A stretch of DNA of 53,936 nucleotides, from positions 1-53,936 of IMG/VR virus record IMGVR_UViG_3300049782_000046. One strand, written 5' to 3'. Each line of letters starts with the position of its first letter. Within the stretch, counting starts at the first letter, position 1. The stretch comes from a virus. Its lineage: Duplodnaviria; Caudoviricetes. Shown here piece by piece: positions 8,704 through 18,091 of this stretch. Below the pieces are notes generated by a model. It had not been told where the DNA came from and did not search any database. It worked only from the letters and a program-made list of their open reading frames with translations. The translations under genes were made by a program, and so were the position numbers.

Positions 8704-9141
8704 TCAACGAGGCCAGGTCGAAATGATCGGCAATGGCCCTGTGTCGTTACCCTGCCGTCGCGCCGCCTCCGCCTCAGCGTCGAACTGAGCAAGGGTCTGG
8801 CCCCGCCACTTGGTGATTCGCGACCACTCCGCATTGAACACGTCATTGCGGAGCCGGTCCCCATGCCGTTCGATTGCCGCACATAGCAGCTGGACGCTAT
8901 CGTGCAGCGAGGTCCTCCCTGCCTCGCTTCGTTGGGTTTCCCGCGCTCTGGCCATAGCGTCCACGAGAATGGCCAGGACCCCGAGGCTGGCGACGGCGGT
9001 GGCCAGCCAGATCGCCAGGAACCAGTGCACGGTGACCCCGATGCCGGCAGTAAGGGCGGTGGCGACCCAGAGCGCTGCGGCTGTGCTACCGATGATCCGA
9101 CGGGTATTGCTTTCTCTCACAGTCCACCCCTTCGTGGCCAA
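8704..9141 (-). CDS. Two-TM membrane protein
   Basis: Two hydrophobic helices in the N-terminal half. Confidence 0.6.
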   Translation of the reverse strand: MATKGWTVRESNTRRIIGSTAAALWVATALTAGIGVTVHWFLAIWLATAVASLGVLAILVDAMARARETQRSEAGRTSLHDSVQLLCAAIERHGDRLRNDVFNAEWSRITKWRGQTLAQFDAEAEAARRQGNDTGPLPIISTWPR

Positions 9142-9432
9142 GACGCAGTTGCGGCGGCCATACTGCGCATTTCCTTTTCCCGAGGCTCTCGCGGCAGCTT
9201 ATGTACTCTATTTCACTCTGCCCCATTTTGGAATAGGACGGAAGAGATTTGTTCGACAGTCCCAAAATTGGGGATTACCTGGTCGGGCATGCGGGATGAC
9301 GCTCTACAACTATCGCCGTCCGGCGACAGCCGGACCGCTCAGACGGAAGAAACGCGGCGGGTTTTCCACGTCTCATTGTCCTGGAAACAATGCTGCGCTT
9401 GGCGGCGCGGATTCCAGCCTGCCTACCCGTGT

Positions 9433-10242
9433 TTAAAGGAGGATCCCGACGCCGCCGATAACCTCCGGCGCATGCTCCGGGTAGGGGTCGCCGTCGACCG
9501 GCCGCCAATCCCCCAGCAGCACCAGGCCAGGCTCGACGATCGTGAACCCGTCCATCAGCGCGGTGATCTCCTCGCGGGTGCGGACCCGCACCGGATTGGT
9601 GGTGTGCCGGAACAATGCCTCGCCGGCCTCTATCTGGGACTGGGGCACGTACTGGTTGCACCCGTGCGACAGGGCGAGATAGCTGCCCGGGACCATAAAC
9701 TCCCGCAACTGCGCCTGGTAGTCGCCGATGTTGTCCTCGGTGAGGAAATGCCAGACAGCGGTCGTCACGACGCCGACCGGCTGGCTGAGGTCGAGCAGGC
9801 TGGTCACCTCCGGGTGGGTGAAGATGGCGGCCGGGTCGCGCAGATCCCCGTAGATGGTGATGACGCCGGGCTCGTCCCGCAACGCCTGGCCTTTCGCCAG
9901 GACGATCGGGTCGTTGTCGGCGTACACGGCGCGGGCGTCCGGGTGGATCTCGCGGGCGATGTCGTGCACGTTCGGTGTGATCGGGATGCCGCACCCGATG
10001 TCGACGAACTGGCGGACGCCCGCTTCGGCCATGAACCGGGTTGCGCGCTGCACGAATCCGCGGGTGACGCGGGCGGAGGCCTGCACGGTGGGCCACGCGG
10101 CCATGAACGTGTCGGCCACCTCCCGGTCAACGCTGAAATGGTCGTCGCCGCCGAGCCAGTAGTTGTAGATGCGGGCCGATGACGGGATTGTGGCGTCGGC
10201 TGCTGGGGACGGGTTGTGCGGGGTGGAGGTCATGAGGGACAC
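9433..10242 (-). CDS. Actinobacterial SAM-dependent methyltransferase (Methyltransf_19 type)
   Basis: PSSARIYNYWLGG, VRQFVDIGCGIP, VYADNDPIVL, PGSYLALSH. Confidence 0.9.
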   Translation of the reverse strand: MSLMTSTPHNPSPAADATIPSSARIYNYWLGGDDHFSVDREVADTFMAAWPTVQASARVTRGFVQRATRFMAEAGVRQFVDIGCGIPITPNVHDIAREIHPDARAVYADNDPIVLAKGQALRDEPGVITIYGDLRDPAAIFTHPEVTSLLDLSQPVGVVTTAVWHFLTEDNIGDYQAQLREFMVPGSYLALSHGCNQYVPQSQIEAGEALFRHTTNPVRVRTREEITALMDGFTIVEPGLVLLGDWRPVDGDPYPEHAPEVIGGVGILL

Positions 10243-11117
10243 CGCTCCTTCTCAGTGGTGGTGTTGCGCAGGTGGTCGAGGTGGTCGCGGGCGCGGGCGA
10301 TGATCTGCGGGGTTTCCCGGCGGCTGCCGGCTGTGGTGATGATCTGGTCGAACAGCAGCCCGTAATGCTCACGGACCTGAAGCTCGCTGATCTCATCCCC
10401 CGTATAGCGGTGCAGGGCGAGGATCTGCGGCTTGCCGGGCGACCGGAAGATCGTGAACGGCTCGGCGGCGGGCAGGTACGGCGTGCCCACTGGGTTGATC
10501 TGGATCGTGACGCATTGGGCCTGGCTGGCCGCGGCCAGCGCGTCGAGCTGCCGGGCATGCGCCTCCATGTCGCGGTCGAGTGGCCGCCACAAGACGGGCT
10601 CCTCGATGACAACCCACAGCCGGCAGCCGCCGGCACGCAACGCCTGCTGGCGGCGCATCAGGTTCTCCACCCACGTCTGCGTTGCCGTCGCGGACGGCGG
10701 CGTGTAGTAGCCGACCTGGTGGGCGGCGCGGGCGTACTCCTCGGTGCGCAGCAACTCGGGCACGAGGAGCGGCTGGTAGGTGCGGATGAGGTCGGCGACC
10801 TGCTCGTGGCCGAGGATGGCGGTTTCCGCGAGCGGTACGTCTTCGTGGTCCCACCAGCCGGGGTCTCGGTGGCCCAGCGCTACGGAGATGAGCGTCTCCT
10901 GCTGGTACGGGTCGGTGACGCCGTACAGGTTCAGCAGGACGTGCAGGTCCTCGCGGCGGAAGGGGAGCAGTCCGTGCTCCATGCGGCTGATCTTGGCGAT
11001 TGACCCGGCGATGGCCTCTGCGGCGTCCTCCTGGCGGAGGTTGTGGTGGAGGCGCAGCCGACGCAGCCGGGCGCCGACCATCTGTCGCGCCCCAAGCTGT
11101 TGGCCGTTGCTTTTCAC
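10230..11117 (-). CDS. XRE-HTH / DUF5753 regulator (WhiJ/Scr1-like)
   Basis: GARLRRLR...KISRMEHG; YQPLLVPELLRTEEYARA; RRQQAL...EEPVLWRP; RBS before GTG 11117. Confidence 0.85.
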   Translation of the reverse strand: MKSNGQQLGARQMVGARLRRLRLHHNLRQEDAAEAIAGSIAKISRMEHGLLPFRREDLHVLLNLYGVTDPYQQETLISVALGHRDPGWWDHEDVPLAETAILGHEQVADLIRTYQPLLVPELLRTEEYARAAHQVGYYTPPSATATQTWVENLMRRQQALRAGGCRLWVVIEEPVLWRPLDRDMEAHARQLDALAAASQAQCVTIQINPVGTPYLPAAEPFTIFRSPGKPQILALHRYTGDEISELQVREHYGLLFDQIITTAGSRRETPQIIARARDHLDHLRNTTTEKERCPS

Positions 11118-11487
11118 GCTCGTGTCCTCGTAGGAGTTTCGCCGCCTTGCACAGGTGCCCCCCACGGCTCCCGGCGCCACGCGAGGTTAAGCGCGAATGT
11201 ACGTTTCTGTCCAGCACTAATAACTCTGCGTAGAGATCACGAAGTTTGCATAGAGGGCGTGTAGAGGGTCGTTTATTTTCACCAGGTTGTTGAGCTGCCC
11301 GTTCACGGCCAACGGATCACGGCCTTAGGTAAGGCTGTTATAGCCCTGGTGGATAGTGTCTGGTGCGCCGATTGTCACGCATTAGAGCCCGCCTGGTAGC
11401 GCCGTGCCCTGGGCGCGCACTTGACGGCAGTGAGATAGTCATCTCCACGCCGACCACGCATCCCCTTACCCTCAGAAGGAGTGCGAC

Positions 11488-12681
11488 GTGGCCAAAGATC
11501 CCATCAAGACCATCACGCTGAAGAACGGCACGACCCGCTACCGGTTCGTCGTGGACGTCGGCCGCAAGGAGAACGGGCAACGCAACCAAAAGACCTACAC
11601 CTTCGACACAAAGAAGGAGGCCAAAGCCGAGTACGCCCGGATCACGCACCAGCGGAACACGGGCACCCTGGTCACGTCATCCAAGATGAGCGTGAACGAG
11701 TTGCTCGATGTCTGGGTCAAAGCGGCAACCCGCGACGTCGAGGAGGGTACGGCAAGCAACTACGAGAACGCCATCCGTCCTGTCCGGCTCCGCCTCGGAC
11801 ACAAGCAACTCCAGGTGCTGACCGAGGACGACATCGAGGACCTCATCGAGTGGATGCTGACCGAAGGCCGGCGCCGCGGCGGCAAGCCCGGCACTCCTCT
11901 TAGCCTGCGATCTGTGCGGCTCACGCTCGGAAGGCTCCGCGCCGCACTGAACCTGGCGGTCCGGCGCAACCTCATCGCACGGAACGTTGCCGAGCACGTC
12001 ACCATCTCCCGCGACCAGAAGACCAGGGCAGCCAAGCCCAAGGTCCGGCCGTGGACCGAGACCGAGGTCAAAGCCTTCATCAGTGCGATCAGCGGGCACC
12101 GCCTGTTCGCAGTGATGCTGCTCGCCCTGATCGCTAACCGGCCGGCTGAGGTGTGCGGGCTGCGGTGGGAGAAGGACATCGACCTCGACGCCGGCACGAT
12201 CGCCATCGCTAACACGCGGACCATCGTCTACGACCGCAACCTGGAGAAGGGCGAGCGGAACAAGGTCGTCGAGAAAGGCGCCAAGTCAGACGCAGGCGAG
12301 AGGACGCTGCCTGCACCTGCTCCGGTCCACCGGGCGCTGCGCACCTTCAAGACGCTCCAGGCTAAGGAGAAGCTCTTGGCCGGCGAGGCGTACGAGGACA
12401 GCGGCTATGTGCTCGTGGACGAGCTCGGGCGGCCGTGGAAGACCGACAAGCTACGCCGCGAGGCGTACAAGCTCATGGAGATGGCCGGCGTGCGGAAGGT
12501 GCGCCTGTATGACGCTCGCCATGCGTGCCTGTCGTGGATGGCGAACAACGGGGTGCCGGACACGGTGGTGTCGGCATGGGCGGGTCATAGCGATCTGTCG
12601 TTCACGAAGCGGACCTATGTGCACCCGGATCCGGAGAGCCTGCGGGCCGGTTCGGAGAAGCTCTCAGAGCTGCTCGGCTAG
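11488..12681 (+). CDS. int: Tyrosine integrase
   Basis: Arm-binding N-terminus; NRPAEVCGLRW (R), KSDAGERT (K), YDARH, WAGHSD...TKRTYVH (Y); RBS AGGAG. Confidence 0.95.
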   Translation: MAKDPIKTITLKNGTTRYRFVVDVGRKENGQRNQKTYTFDTKKEAKAEYARITHQRNTGTLVTSSKMSVNELLDVWVKAATRDVEEGTASNYENAIRPVRLRLGHKQLQVLTEDDIEDLIEWMLTEGRRRGGKPGTPLSLRSVRLTLGRLRAALNLAVRRNLIARNVAEHVTISRDQKTRAAKPKVRPWTETEVKAFISAISGHRLFAVMLLALIANRPAEVCGLRWEKDIDLDAGTIAIANTRTIVYDRNLEKGERNKVVEKGAKSDAGERTLPAPAPVHRALRTFKTLQAKEKLLAGEAYEDSGYVLVDELGRPWKTDKLRREAYKLMEMAGVRKVRLYDARHACLSWMANNGVPDTVVSAWAGHSDLSFTKRTYVHPDPESLRAGSEKLSELLG

Positions 12682-12701
12682 GGGAGATCAAAAAAGCGGG
12701 T

Positions 12702-12956
12702 TGTGAGAAAATGTGAGACGACAGGCCCTAGAAATGATCAAGGACCCTGTCTCACCGAAGTGATCCAAGGCCCTGACCTGGACGTTTGTCCTGTCTTAAC
12801 CGTCGGGACGACAGGATTTGAACCTGCGACCCCTTGACCCCCAGTGGAATGGGAGCGGTCTTTGGGGCTCGCATCAGTCCGTCTGTCCAGGTTTGGGCCG
12901 ATTCCTTCCCTGCCCGTCCATGGCCGTCCATCAGGTCTGTGAGAAATGTGTGAGAC
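12702..12956. mobile_element. attP-like site: tRNA-Pro core with arm-type repeats
   Basis: TGTGAGA pairs at 12702/12712 and 12938/12949 flank the tRNA fragment; (c)cgtcca repeats at about 12913-12930. Confidence 0.8.
12802..12845 (-). other. att core = 3' half of tRNA-Pro(GGG), not a complete tRNA
   Basis: Reverse complement ACTGGGGGTCAAGGGGTCGCAGGTTCAAATCCTGTCGTCCCGAC; the 5' half is absent. Confidence 0.9.
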
Positions 12957-13221
12957 AGAGGGCCCTTGAACCTCGCAATCCGCCCGTCCCTCCCCCGATT
13001 CACAGCAAAGCTTGCGGAGCACCCCTAGTGACAGCAAGCGATTACCGGACTACTATCCGGGATCACCCGCTAGTTCACGAACCTCCGGTCCCGCACCGGT
13101 CCGGGAGAGTCATCCCGAGGACTCGTGGCAGACCGGGCCGGTGCGGCCCGCAAGGGGGGCGGGGACCTCGACACGGATACTGCCGAGGTCCCCAGTCCTC
13201 GCGGCACTTGAAGTGTCGTGC

Positions 13222-13482
13222 CTACTCCCCCGACTTGTCCGCCACATCTCTAGAGCGGTCCATGACGAAACTGCCCACTTGAGGCTCCGTATAGATCAAG
13301 CCTTCCTCGCGGAGCTTGGCGACGATCTTACGAGCCGTGCCGCGCGCAATGCCAAACTCCTGCACAAGGTCGGTTTCTGAAGGGAACCGGCCGTCCGGCG
13401 GGTAGGTGCCATCCTCGACCCGGCTGCGGAGCTCGTCCGCAACTCGAACCCACACCTTCTTACTCGGCCGCGTCTCGGTCAC
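13222..13482 (-). CDS. Small GntR wHTH regulator
   Basis: YPPDGRFPSETDLVQEFGIARGTARK...GSFV; TACGGT-N6-GTG leaderless start at 13482. Confidence 0.85.
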   Translation of the reverse strand: MTETRPSKKVWVRVADELRSRVEDGTYPPDGRFPSETDLVQEFGIARGTARKIVAKLREEGLIYTEPQVGSFVMDRSRDVADKSGE

Positions 13483-13717
13483 GGTGGAACCGTAGACAGG
13501 CATGCACGTGCCCTGACGTGCAGATACGAGCATGCTCGACTATGAACGAGCATGGACGAGTATGCCTTCCCGGGAGGGGTGCGCCGAGTGGGCGCCAGGT
13601 CAGCGGACGATCACGACGCTACGCGGCGGCACAGTGCTCGCCTACTATCCGCGCAGACAGCGAAGCGGCCCCGTCTCACAGAGATGGGGGCACTCCCGCA
13701 TAGCGGGGATCAGACCG

Positions 13718-14152
13718 CTAAAGCTTGGGCGGGTAGTTGATCGGTTTGCGGCGTAGGCGGTCCTCATGGATCGCGAAGACGAACGGCACTGTGACGCGTT
13801 TCGCATAACCGACGATCTTCGCTTCGTGGAGGAGGAACCGGCGGCACATTTCTGGCCCAGTCAGTGCAGCATTCGCCATACCGAACACGCGGGCGCCGCT
13901 GGCATAGAGGGCCTGCGCTTCGAGAGGGCCGTTGGCGATCTGCAAGTCCTTACACAGGAGCACGTCACCTCGGATCGTGGCCTCTTCGATCCACTGCTCG
14001 TCCTGGATGCGCTGCGAGTCGGCCTTGCCATACCGTTCATCCATCGTCTCGAGGGTCCAGCCCGCCTCTCGCAGCGCGGTGGGGACGATGACCGACCCTA
14101 AGCCGCGGTCGAGGAAGAACGTCAGCCCGGACTCTCGCGCCTCCCCGGCCAT
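13718..14152 (-). CDS. PIN-like toxin (VapC45 / Rv2019-like)
   Basis: FFLDRGLG...IQDEQWIEEA...LLCKDLQI; downstream of the DUF433 gene. Confidence 0.8.
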   Translation of the reverse strand: MAGEARESGLTFFLDRGLGSVIVPTALREAGWTLETMDERYGKADSQRIQDEQWIEEATIRGDVLLCKDLQIANGPLEAQALYASGARVFGMANAALTGPEMCRRFLLHEAKIVGYAKRVTVPFVFAIHEDRLRRKPINYPPKL

Positions 14153-14156
14153 GGGC

Positions 14157-14876
14157 TCACGCGGCCTGCTGTGCCAGGACCGCTACTTCGTTTGGCGGCA
14201 GATCGTAGTCGTGCGCGACATCGTGGGAGTCCTCCCCTGCCATGAGCCTGCCGAGGACATCAGCGACGCGGATACCCCGGCTGGCCAGAGTGGGCTGACC
14301 GCCATTGATCCACGGGTCCACAGTGACGTCGATGTCGTGATACCCCGGCAGTAGGATCACGCGGACCCAGCCATCCTGGTAGCTGACGCGCTGAAGGTAC
14401 TCGCGTACGACAGGACGGAAAACCTGCTGTCCGCCTTTACGGACAGCCACGAGGCCGTCCACGGCTTCCTGCTCTGCAGGATCGTTGGTGTGATGCTTGA
14501 AGTCCCATAGCACCTCGGCACCGTCCGTGGCCAGGCGTTGACTCGCCAGCGCCTGGGTGAGGCCGATGTTTCGCTCCAGCCACCGAATCGCGGGACGGAT
14601 CCGAGCCATAGGGACGCCTGCTTTGCGGAACGCGGCCAGCATGTATCCCTCGGCCAGCCCAACGAACGGAACGGTCGGCGCGTGCTGTCGCGGGGATCCT
14701 GCCGTGGTGACGAGCGGGTCGGCCGCCACACTGACCCCGTCCACCCGCTTGTAGGCGTAGCCGACCGCCCAATTGCGGAACGTCTGCCGCGGTACGTCGA
14801 TCAAGTCGGCCGCTTGGCCCTTGGTGTAGAGGGGGGTGACGTAGCGGTAGTCCTCGACCATGCTCACAGTCATCAC
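14157..14876 (-). CDS. DUF433 antitoxin (VapB45 / Rv2018-like)
   Basis: N-terminal HTH (AADLIDVPRQTFRNW); C-terminal VDPWINGGQPTL...GIRVADV...AGED..DVAHDYDL. Confidence 0.85.
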   Translation of the reverse strand: MMTVSMVEDYRYVTPLYTKGQAADLIDVPRQTFRNWAVGYAYKRVDGVSVAADPLVTTAGSPRQHAPTVPFVGLAEGYMLAAFRKAGVPMARIRPAIRWLERNIGLTQALASQRLATDGAEVLWDFKHHTNDPAEQEAVDGLVAVRKGGQQVFRPVVREYLQRVSYQDGWVRVILLPGYHDIDVTVDPWINGGQPTLASRGIRVADVLGRLMAGEDSHDVAHDYDLPPNEVAVLAQQAA

Positions 14877-14924
14877 CGCCTCCCTTCGGACTCATCTTCG
14901 CCTATTGATCGCGCGCTGTCAGCA

Positions 14925-15329
14925 TTACGTTCCGCGGATCTCCACCTTGTCTGCGGGAAGCACCTCAACCTCGCCGCCTCGTTCCACGACGGTCACCCAG
15001 CCGTGCTCAGGTAGCTCCATCTCGTTGATCTCGCTCTCGTGGGCTGGCCGGTTTGTGATCCGAGTCCCGGCGTCGGCCGTGATCTGGGTGACGAAGTCGG
15101 CCCCAGCCTTTACGAAGCTGCCGCGGTTCTTGACCGTGTAGATGATCCCCAGGTCTCTCAGGACTTCGAGGGCTCGCAGGATGGTGTCGCGGGCGACGCC
15201 GAATTCCTGCGAGAGGTGGACGACGGAAGGCAGGCGCCGACGAGGCGCCCATTCACCCGCTTCGATGCGGGACCGCAGCGCATCGACGATCTGCTGCTTC
15301 ACCGTGAATTCGGAGTCATAGTCGACCAC
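14925..15329 (-). CDS. GntR wHTH regulator with short C-terminal domain
   Basis: RRRLPSVVHLSQEFGVARDTILRAL...RGSFV. Confidence 0.85.
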   Translation of the reverse strand: MVDYDSEFTVKQQIVDALRSRIEAGEWAPRRRLPSVVHLSQEFGVARDTILRALEVLRDLGIIYTVKNRGSFVKAGADFVTQITADAGTRITNRPAHESEINEMELPEHGWVTVVERGGEVEVLPADKVEIRGT

Positions 15330-15460
15330 GTCCCGACCGTAGATAGGGCATCTACCGGCCCTTATTCCGCCTTAGCCTATATGGATCACTGTAGGTCGGA
15401 ATATGGAGCGCCCTAGGCTAGAGACTGGGCTACTGACGGGTAACCGAGTACCTTGCCTGT

Positions 15461-15670
15461 ATGGCCCCCTCCGAGGTCCCCGACATACCTCACTGCTCCG
15501 TAGAGCGCGGAGATGACGAGATGCTCCACGTGACACACGAGAGCACCGGGACGACCATGACGGCCGACACCGAGGAGCGCGCCGTCATCGCGGGCATGCT
15601 CCTTCGACGCACGACTGAGTGGCGCCGCCAGTGGGGCGAGATTCCGTTCCGGACGGGAGATCTGCCATGA
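15461..15670 (+). CDS. Hypothetical protein
   Basis: Divergent from GntR; ATGA overlap with the next gene. Confidence 0.55.
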   Translation: MAPSEVPDIPHCSVERGDDEMLHVTHESTGTTMTADTEERAVIAGMLLRRTTEWRRQWGEIPFRTGDLP

Positions 15671-16305
15671 GCCGCCTCCCCGTGCCGTACGTCACCGCCT
15701 ACGACGGTGAGAGCATCGCTTACCAGCTCGCTCTCACCCCGCACGCTGGAACCACGGACGGCATCCGGCTCACATACGTTGACTCGGTTGAGACGGACTG
15801 GATGTTCGGCGTGCTCTGGCACCGTCACGGCATGTCCCGCTTTGGGCGCCCGCTGTGGAGGTTGGTCAACACGGCCAGGCAGCGTCGCTGCATGCTGCGC
15901 CGGCTGTGCCAGGTGTGCGGTCAGTCAGCCGAGGAGGACGGCCGGATCTGGTGGGTGATGCCTGACCCGCCAGCGACGACCAGCGTCGGGCAGCCGTTCA
16001 CGCACGTGCCGCCTACCTGCCCTGCCTGCATCCGGAAGTCGCGCCTTTTGTGCCCCCGCCTGCGACCCAAGTCGCACGTCTACACCACGCGCGACTGCGA
16101 TCCATACGGGGTTGTGGCGGACATCTACCGGCCGGCCGCCGGACGGACGGTCATCGTGGTCCAGCGCGCCGTCGAACTGCCATTGGAGGCGTTCCGCGAC
16201 CTGGAGTACGCCCTGGCCACACAACTGATCGTTACCTTGAACGGGTTGCAGGAACTACAGATGGACGAGTGTGACCTGGTTACCGACGTAGTCGGCAGTC
16301 CCTAA
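15667..16305 (+). CDS. Cys-rich (Zn-binding) hypothetical protein
   Basis: PVPYVT...RQRRCMLRRLCQVCG...PPTCPAC...CP; RBS GGGAG. Confidence 0.7.
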   Translation: MSRLPVPYVTAYDGESIAYQLALTPHAGTTDGIRLTYVDSVETDWMFGVLWHRHGMSRFGRPLWRLVNTARQRRCMLRRLCQVCGQSAEEDGRIWWVMPDPPATTSVGQPFTHVPPTCPACIRKSRLLCPRLRPKSHVYTTRDCDPYGVVADIYRPAAGRTVIVVQRAVELPLEAFRDLEYALATQLIVTLNGLQELQMDECDLVTDVVGSP

Positions 16306-16309
16306 ATCT

Positions 16310-16361
16310 CCCGGCTCCTGTGTCCGGTGGCTCTGGAGGGGGTTACGACACGGGAGCCGGG
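16310..16361. terminator. Hairpin between convergent genes
   Basis: cccggctcc...ggagccggg. Confidence 0.55.
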
Positions 16362-16363
16362 TT

Positions 16364-17125
16364 CTAGACTTCGCGACTCTCCCATTCGTACCTCAGTAGC
16401 CACTGCGAGAGCGCCAGCACGTTGACGCAAGCCTCCACGGGGCGCTGATCCGGGCCGATGGCCACTCTGACGACTGCGAAGACCAACTCCAACTCGGGTA
16501 TTTCTAGAAACGATGCCTCGGCCTGCGTCGGCCGACGGCCTTCGATCTCCTCATAAAACCGAGTCGGGCCATACCCGTGAGCACGCAGATTGGCGTACAG
16601 CCCGGCCGGATTGGTATCAACCTCATCCCGCGCGAATGCCTGGGCGATGCGCCATGGAACGTAAGACGTCGCGAGCTGCACAGGCCTGTCGTCGGCATAC
16701 ATCCGCCGGGCCCGAATCATCACCTGCTCGTCGTCGTCGAGGCCAAGCCGGGGCGCAATCTCTTCCGGCGCATCCACCGGGCCCAGCACGTCCAGCTCGG
16801 TACGAGGCTCCATGCCGGCGGCGCGCATCTGAGCGGCGAACCCGCTCGGCGAGCCAGACACAAAGGCGCCGGGGATCGCGCGAACCCGCTTTACCGTGGG
16901 CCGGTGCAGAACGTATGAGCCTCCGCCGAACTCACTACGGATCATGCCCTCGTTACGCAGCACTTCCATAGCGCGGGCGATAGAGGTCTGACTCAGATTG
17001 AAGCGCTTGGCCAGTTCAGGTTGGCTCGGCAGCTTCTCTCCCGGCGACCATCGACCCTGTCGTATCTCACTACGCAGCACGTCAGCAACCTGCGCGTACC
17101 GGGGTCGCGGATCATGGATGCTCAT
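16364..17125 (-). CDS. GntR-UTRA repressor (KorSA/TraR-like)
   Basis: PRYAQVADVLR...LPSQPELAKRF; UTRA-like C-terminus (PVQLATSY); divergent from the transfer operon. Confidence 0.85.
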   Translation of the reverse strand: MSIHDPRPRYAQVADVLRSEIRQGRWSPGEKLPSQPELAKRFNLSQTSIARAMEVLRNEGMIRSEFGGGSYVLHRPTVKRVRAIPGAFVSGSPSGFAAQMRAAGMEPRTELDVLGPVDAPEEIAPRLGLDDDEQVMIRARRMYADDRPVQLATSYVPWRIAQAFARDEVDTNPAGLYANLRAHGYGPTRFYEEIEGRRPTQAEASFLEIPELELVFAVVRVAIGPDQRPVEACVNVLALSQWLLRYEWESREV

Positions 17126-17195
17126 ACCTCTCCCCTGACGGTTAGGTTGTGATGCTATCGGTACCAGCAAGAGCTCCATGCCTTGCGCCTCCTAG

Positions 17196-17234
17196 ACCTA
17201 TCGGTTAGGTTTACCTCGAACCTAGCCGATAGGT
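17196..17234. promoter_or_regulatory. 16-bp inverted-repeat operator
   Basis: acctatcggttaggtt-N7-aacctagccgataggt (1 mismatch). Confidence 0.75.
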
Positions 17235-17340
17235 AGCGAGACGAGGAAGGCCCATAGACATGCTGAGGGCGGCCCTATCCGCCAAGATCCGAGCCGCCCG
17301 CATGTCCCGTCCCGCCCATCAAAACGGAAGGACTAGCCCC

Positions 17341-17544
17341 ATGATGACACAGTCGCTCGCGGACATCACGTTCTCGGAGGCCGATCGGGCCGAGCTCGCG
17401 CCGAAGGTCGAGGACTGGTACCGGGAGTGCCTGCTCCAGTTGCGGGCCGCGGACAGGATCCGCAAGGCCGCGAACCTGCCCATCCCCGCAGCGGCGTCGG
17501 AACTGTACGCCTACCTGCTCCCCCGTCAGGCGGCACAGCGATGA
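17341..17544 (+). CDS. Small hypothetical protein
   Basis: RBS GGAAGGA; first gene of the rightward operon. Confidence 0.55.
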   Translation: MMTQSLADITFSEADRAELAPKVEDWYRECLLQLRAADRIRKAANLPIPAAASELYAYLLPRQAAQR

Positions 17545-17687
17545 CCGTCCGCGAGATCCCCGGCTATGTCGCGTCTGGCGAACTCAAGGACATGCGCGAC
17601 AAGTACGACAAGCTGCTGGCCGATCAGGCAGCGGACCCGAAGCGTCTCGTGTACACGTGCGAGCCGCGCCAGAAGGTGCGGCGATGA
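17541..17687 (+). CDS. Small hypothetical protein (48 aa)
   Basis: ATGA overlap. Confidence 0.5.
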   Translation: MTVREIPGYVASGELKDMRDKYDKLLADQAADPKRLVYTCEPRQKVRR

Positions 17688-17761
17688 TCCCGGCCCGGCT
17701 GTCGTCTCCCGGGCCGCTACGGCAGCCGGGCCGCCCCTCCCAACCCTTCGAGGAGACCGAC

Positions 17762-17917
17762 ATGAGCGACACCACGAACCGTAACGGCGTGACATGGGCG
17801 CCGACCGGCCACAACGGCACAACGCCCGTCGGCACCTACCACTGCAGCGTTTGCGGCCACGTCGAGCCCAACGCCACACAGGTGGCCGCTGACGCTCACG
17901 GCAGCACCCACCGATAG
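17762..17917 (+). CDS. Small CxxC...H protein
   Basis: RBS GAGGAG; YHCSVCGH...AHGSTH. Confidence 0.6.
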   Translation: MSDTTNRNGVTWAPTGHNGTTPVGTYHCSVCGHVEPNATQVAADAHGSTHR

Positions 17918-17944
17918 CACCCCCAGCCCTCTACGGAGACCGGC

Positions 17945-18091
17945 ATGAGATACCAGGAGGCCCACCGCTGGGCCCTCCAGATGAAGACCGGCGGAGCGAC
18001 CGCGACAGAGCTACAGGAACGCGCCCGCCGCCTCGACGACGACGGCAAGTACGGCGCCGCCAAAGCCTTCCGCGACGTCGCCGCCGAGTGA
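17945..18091 (+). CDS. Small hypothetical protein (48 aa)
   Basis: RBS GGAG; GTGA overlap with the next gene. Confidence 0.55.
   Translation: MRYQEAHRWALQMKTGGATATELQERARRLDDDGKYGAAKAFRDVAAE

Noticed and set aside
11193-11208. LexA (SOS) box gcgaatgtacgtttct
   Set aside because: Two mismatches in the GAAC-N4-GTTC core; too weak to call
12802-12845. Functional tRNA-Pro gene
   Set aside because: Only the anticodon loop to the 3' end is present; the D arm and 5' acceptor strand are missing, so it is an att core
13532-13756. Small plus-strand ORF divergent from the first GntR
   Set aside because: It overlaps the toxin 3' end and has no recognisable motif; possibly a remnant, so not listed as a feature
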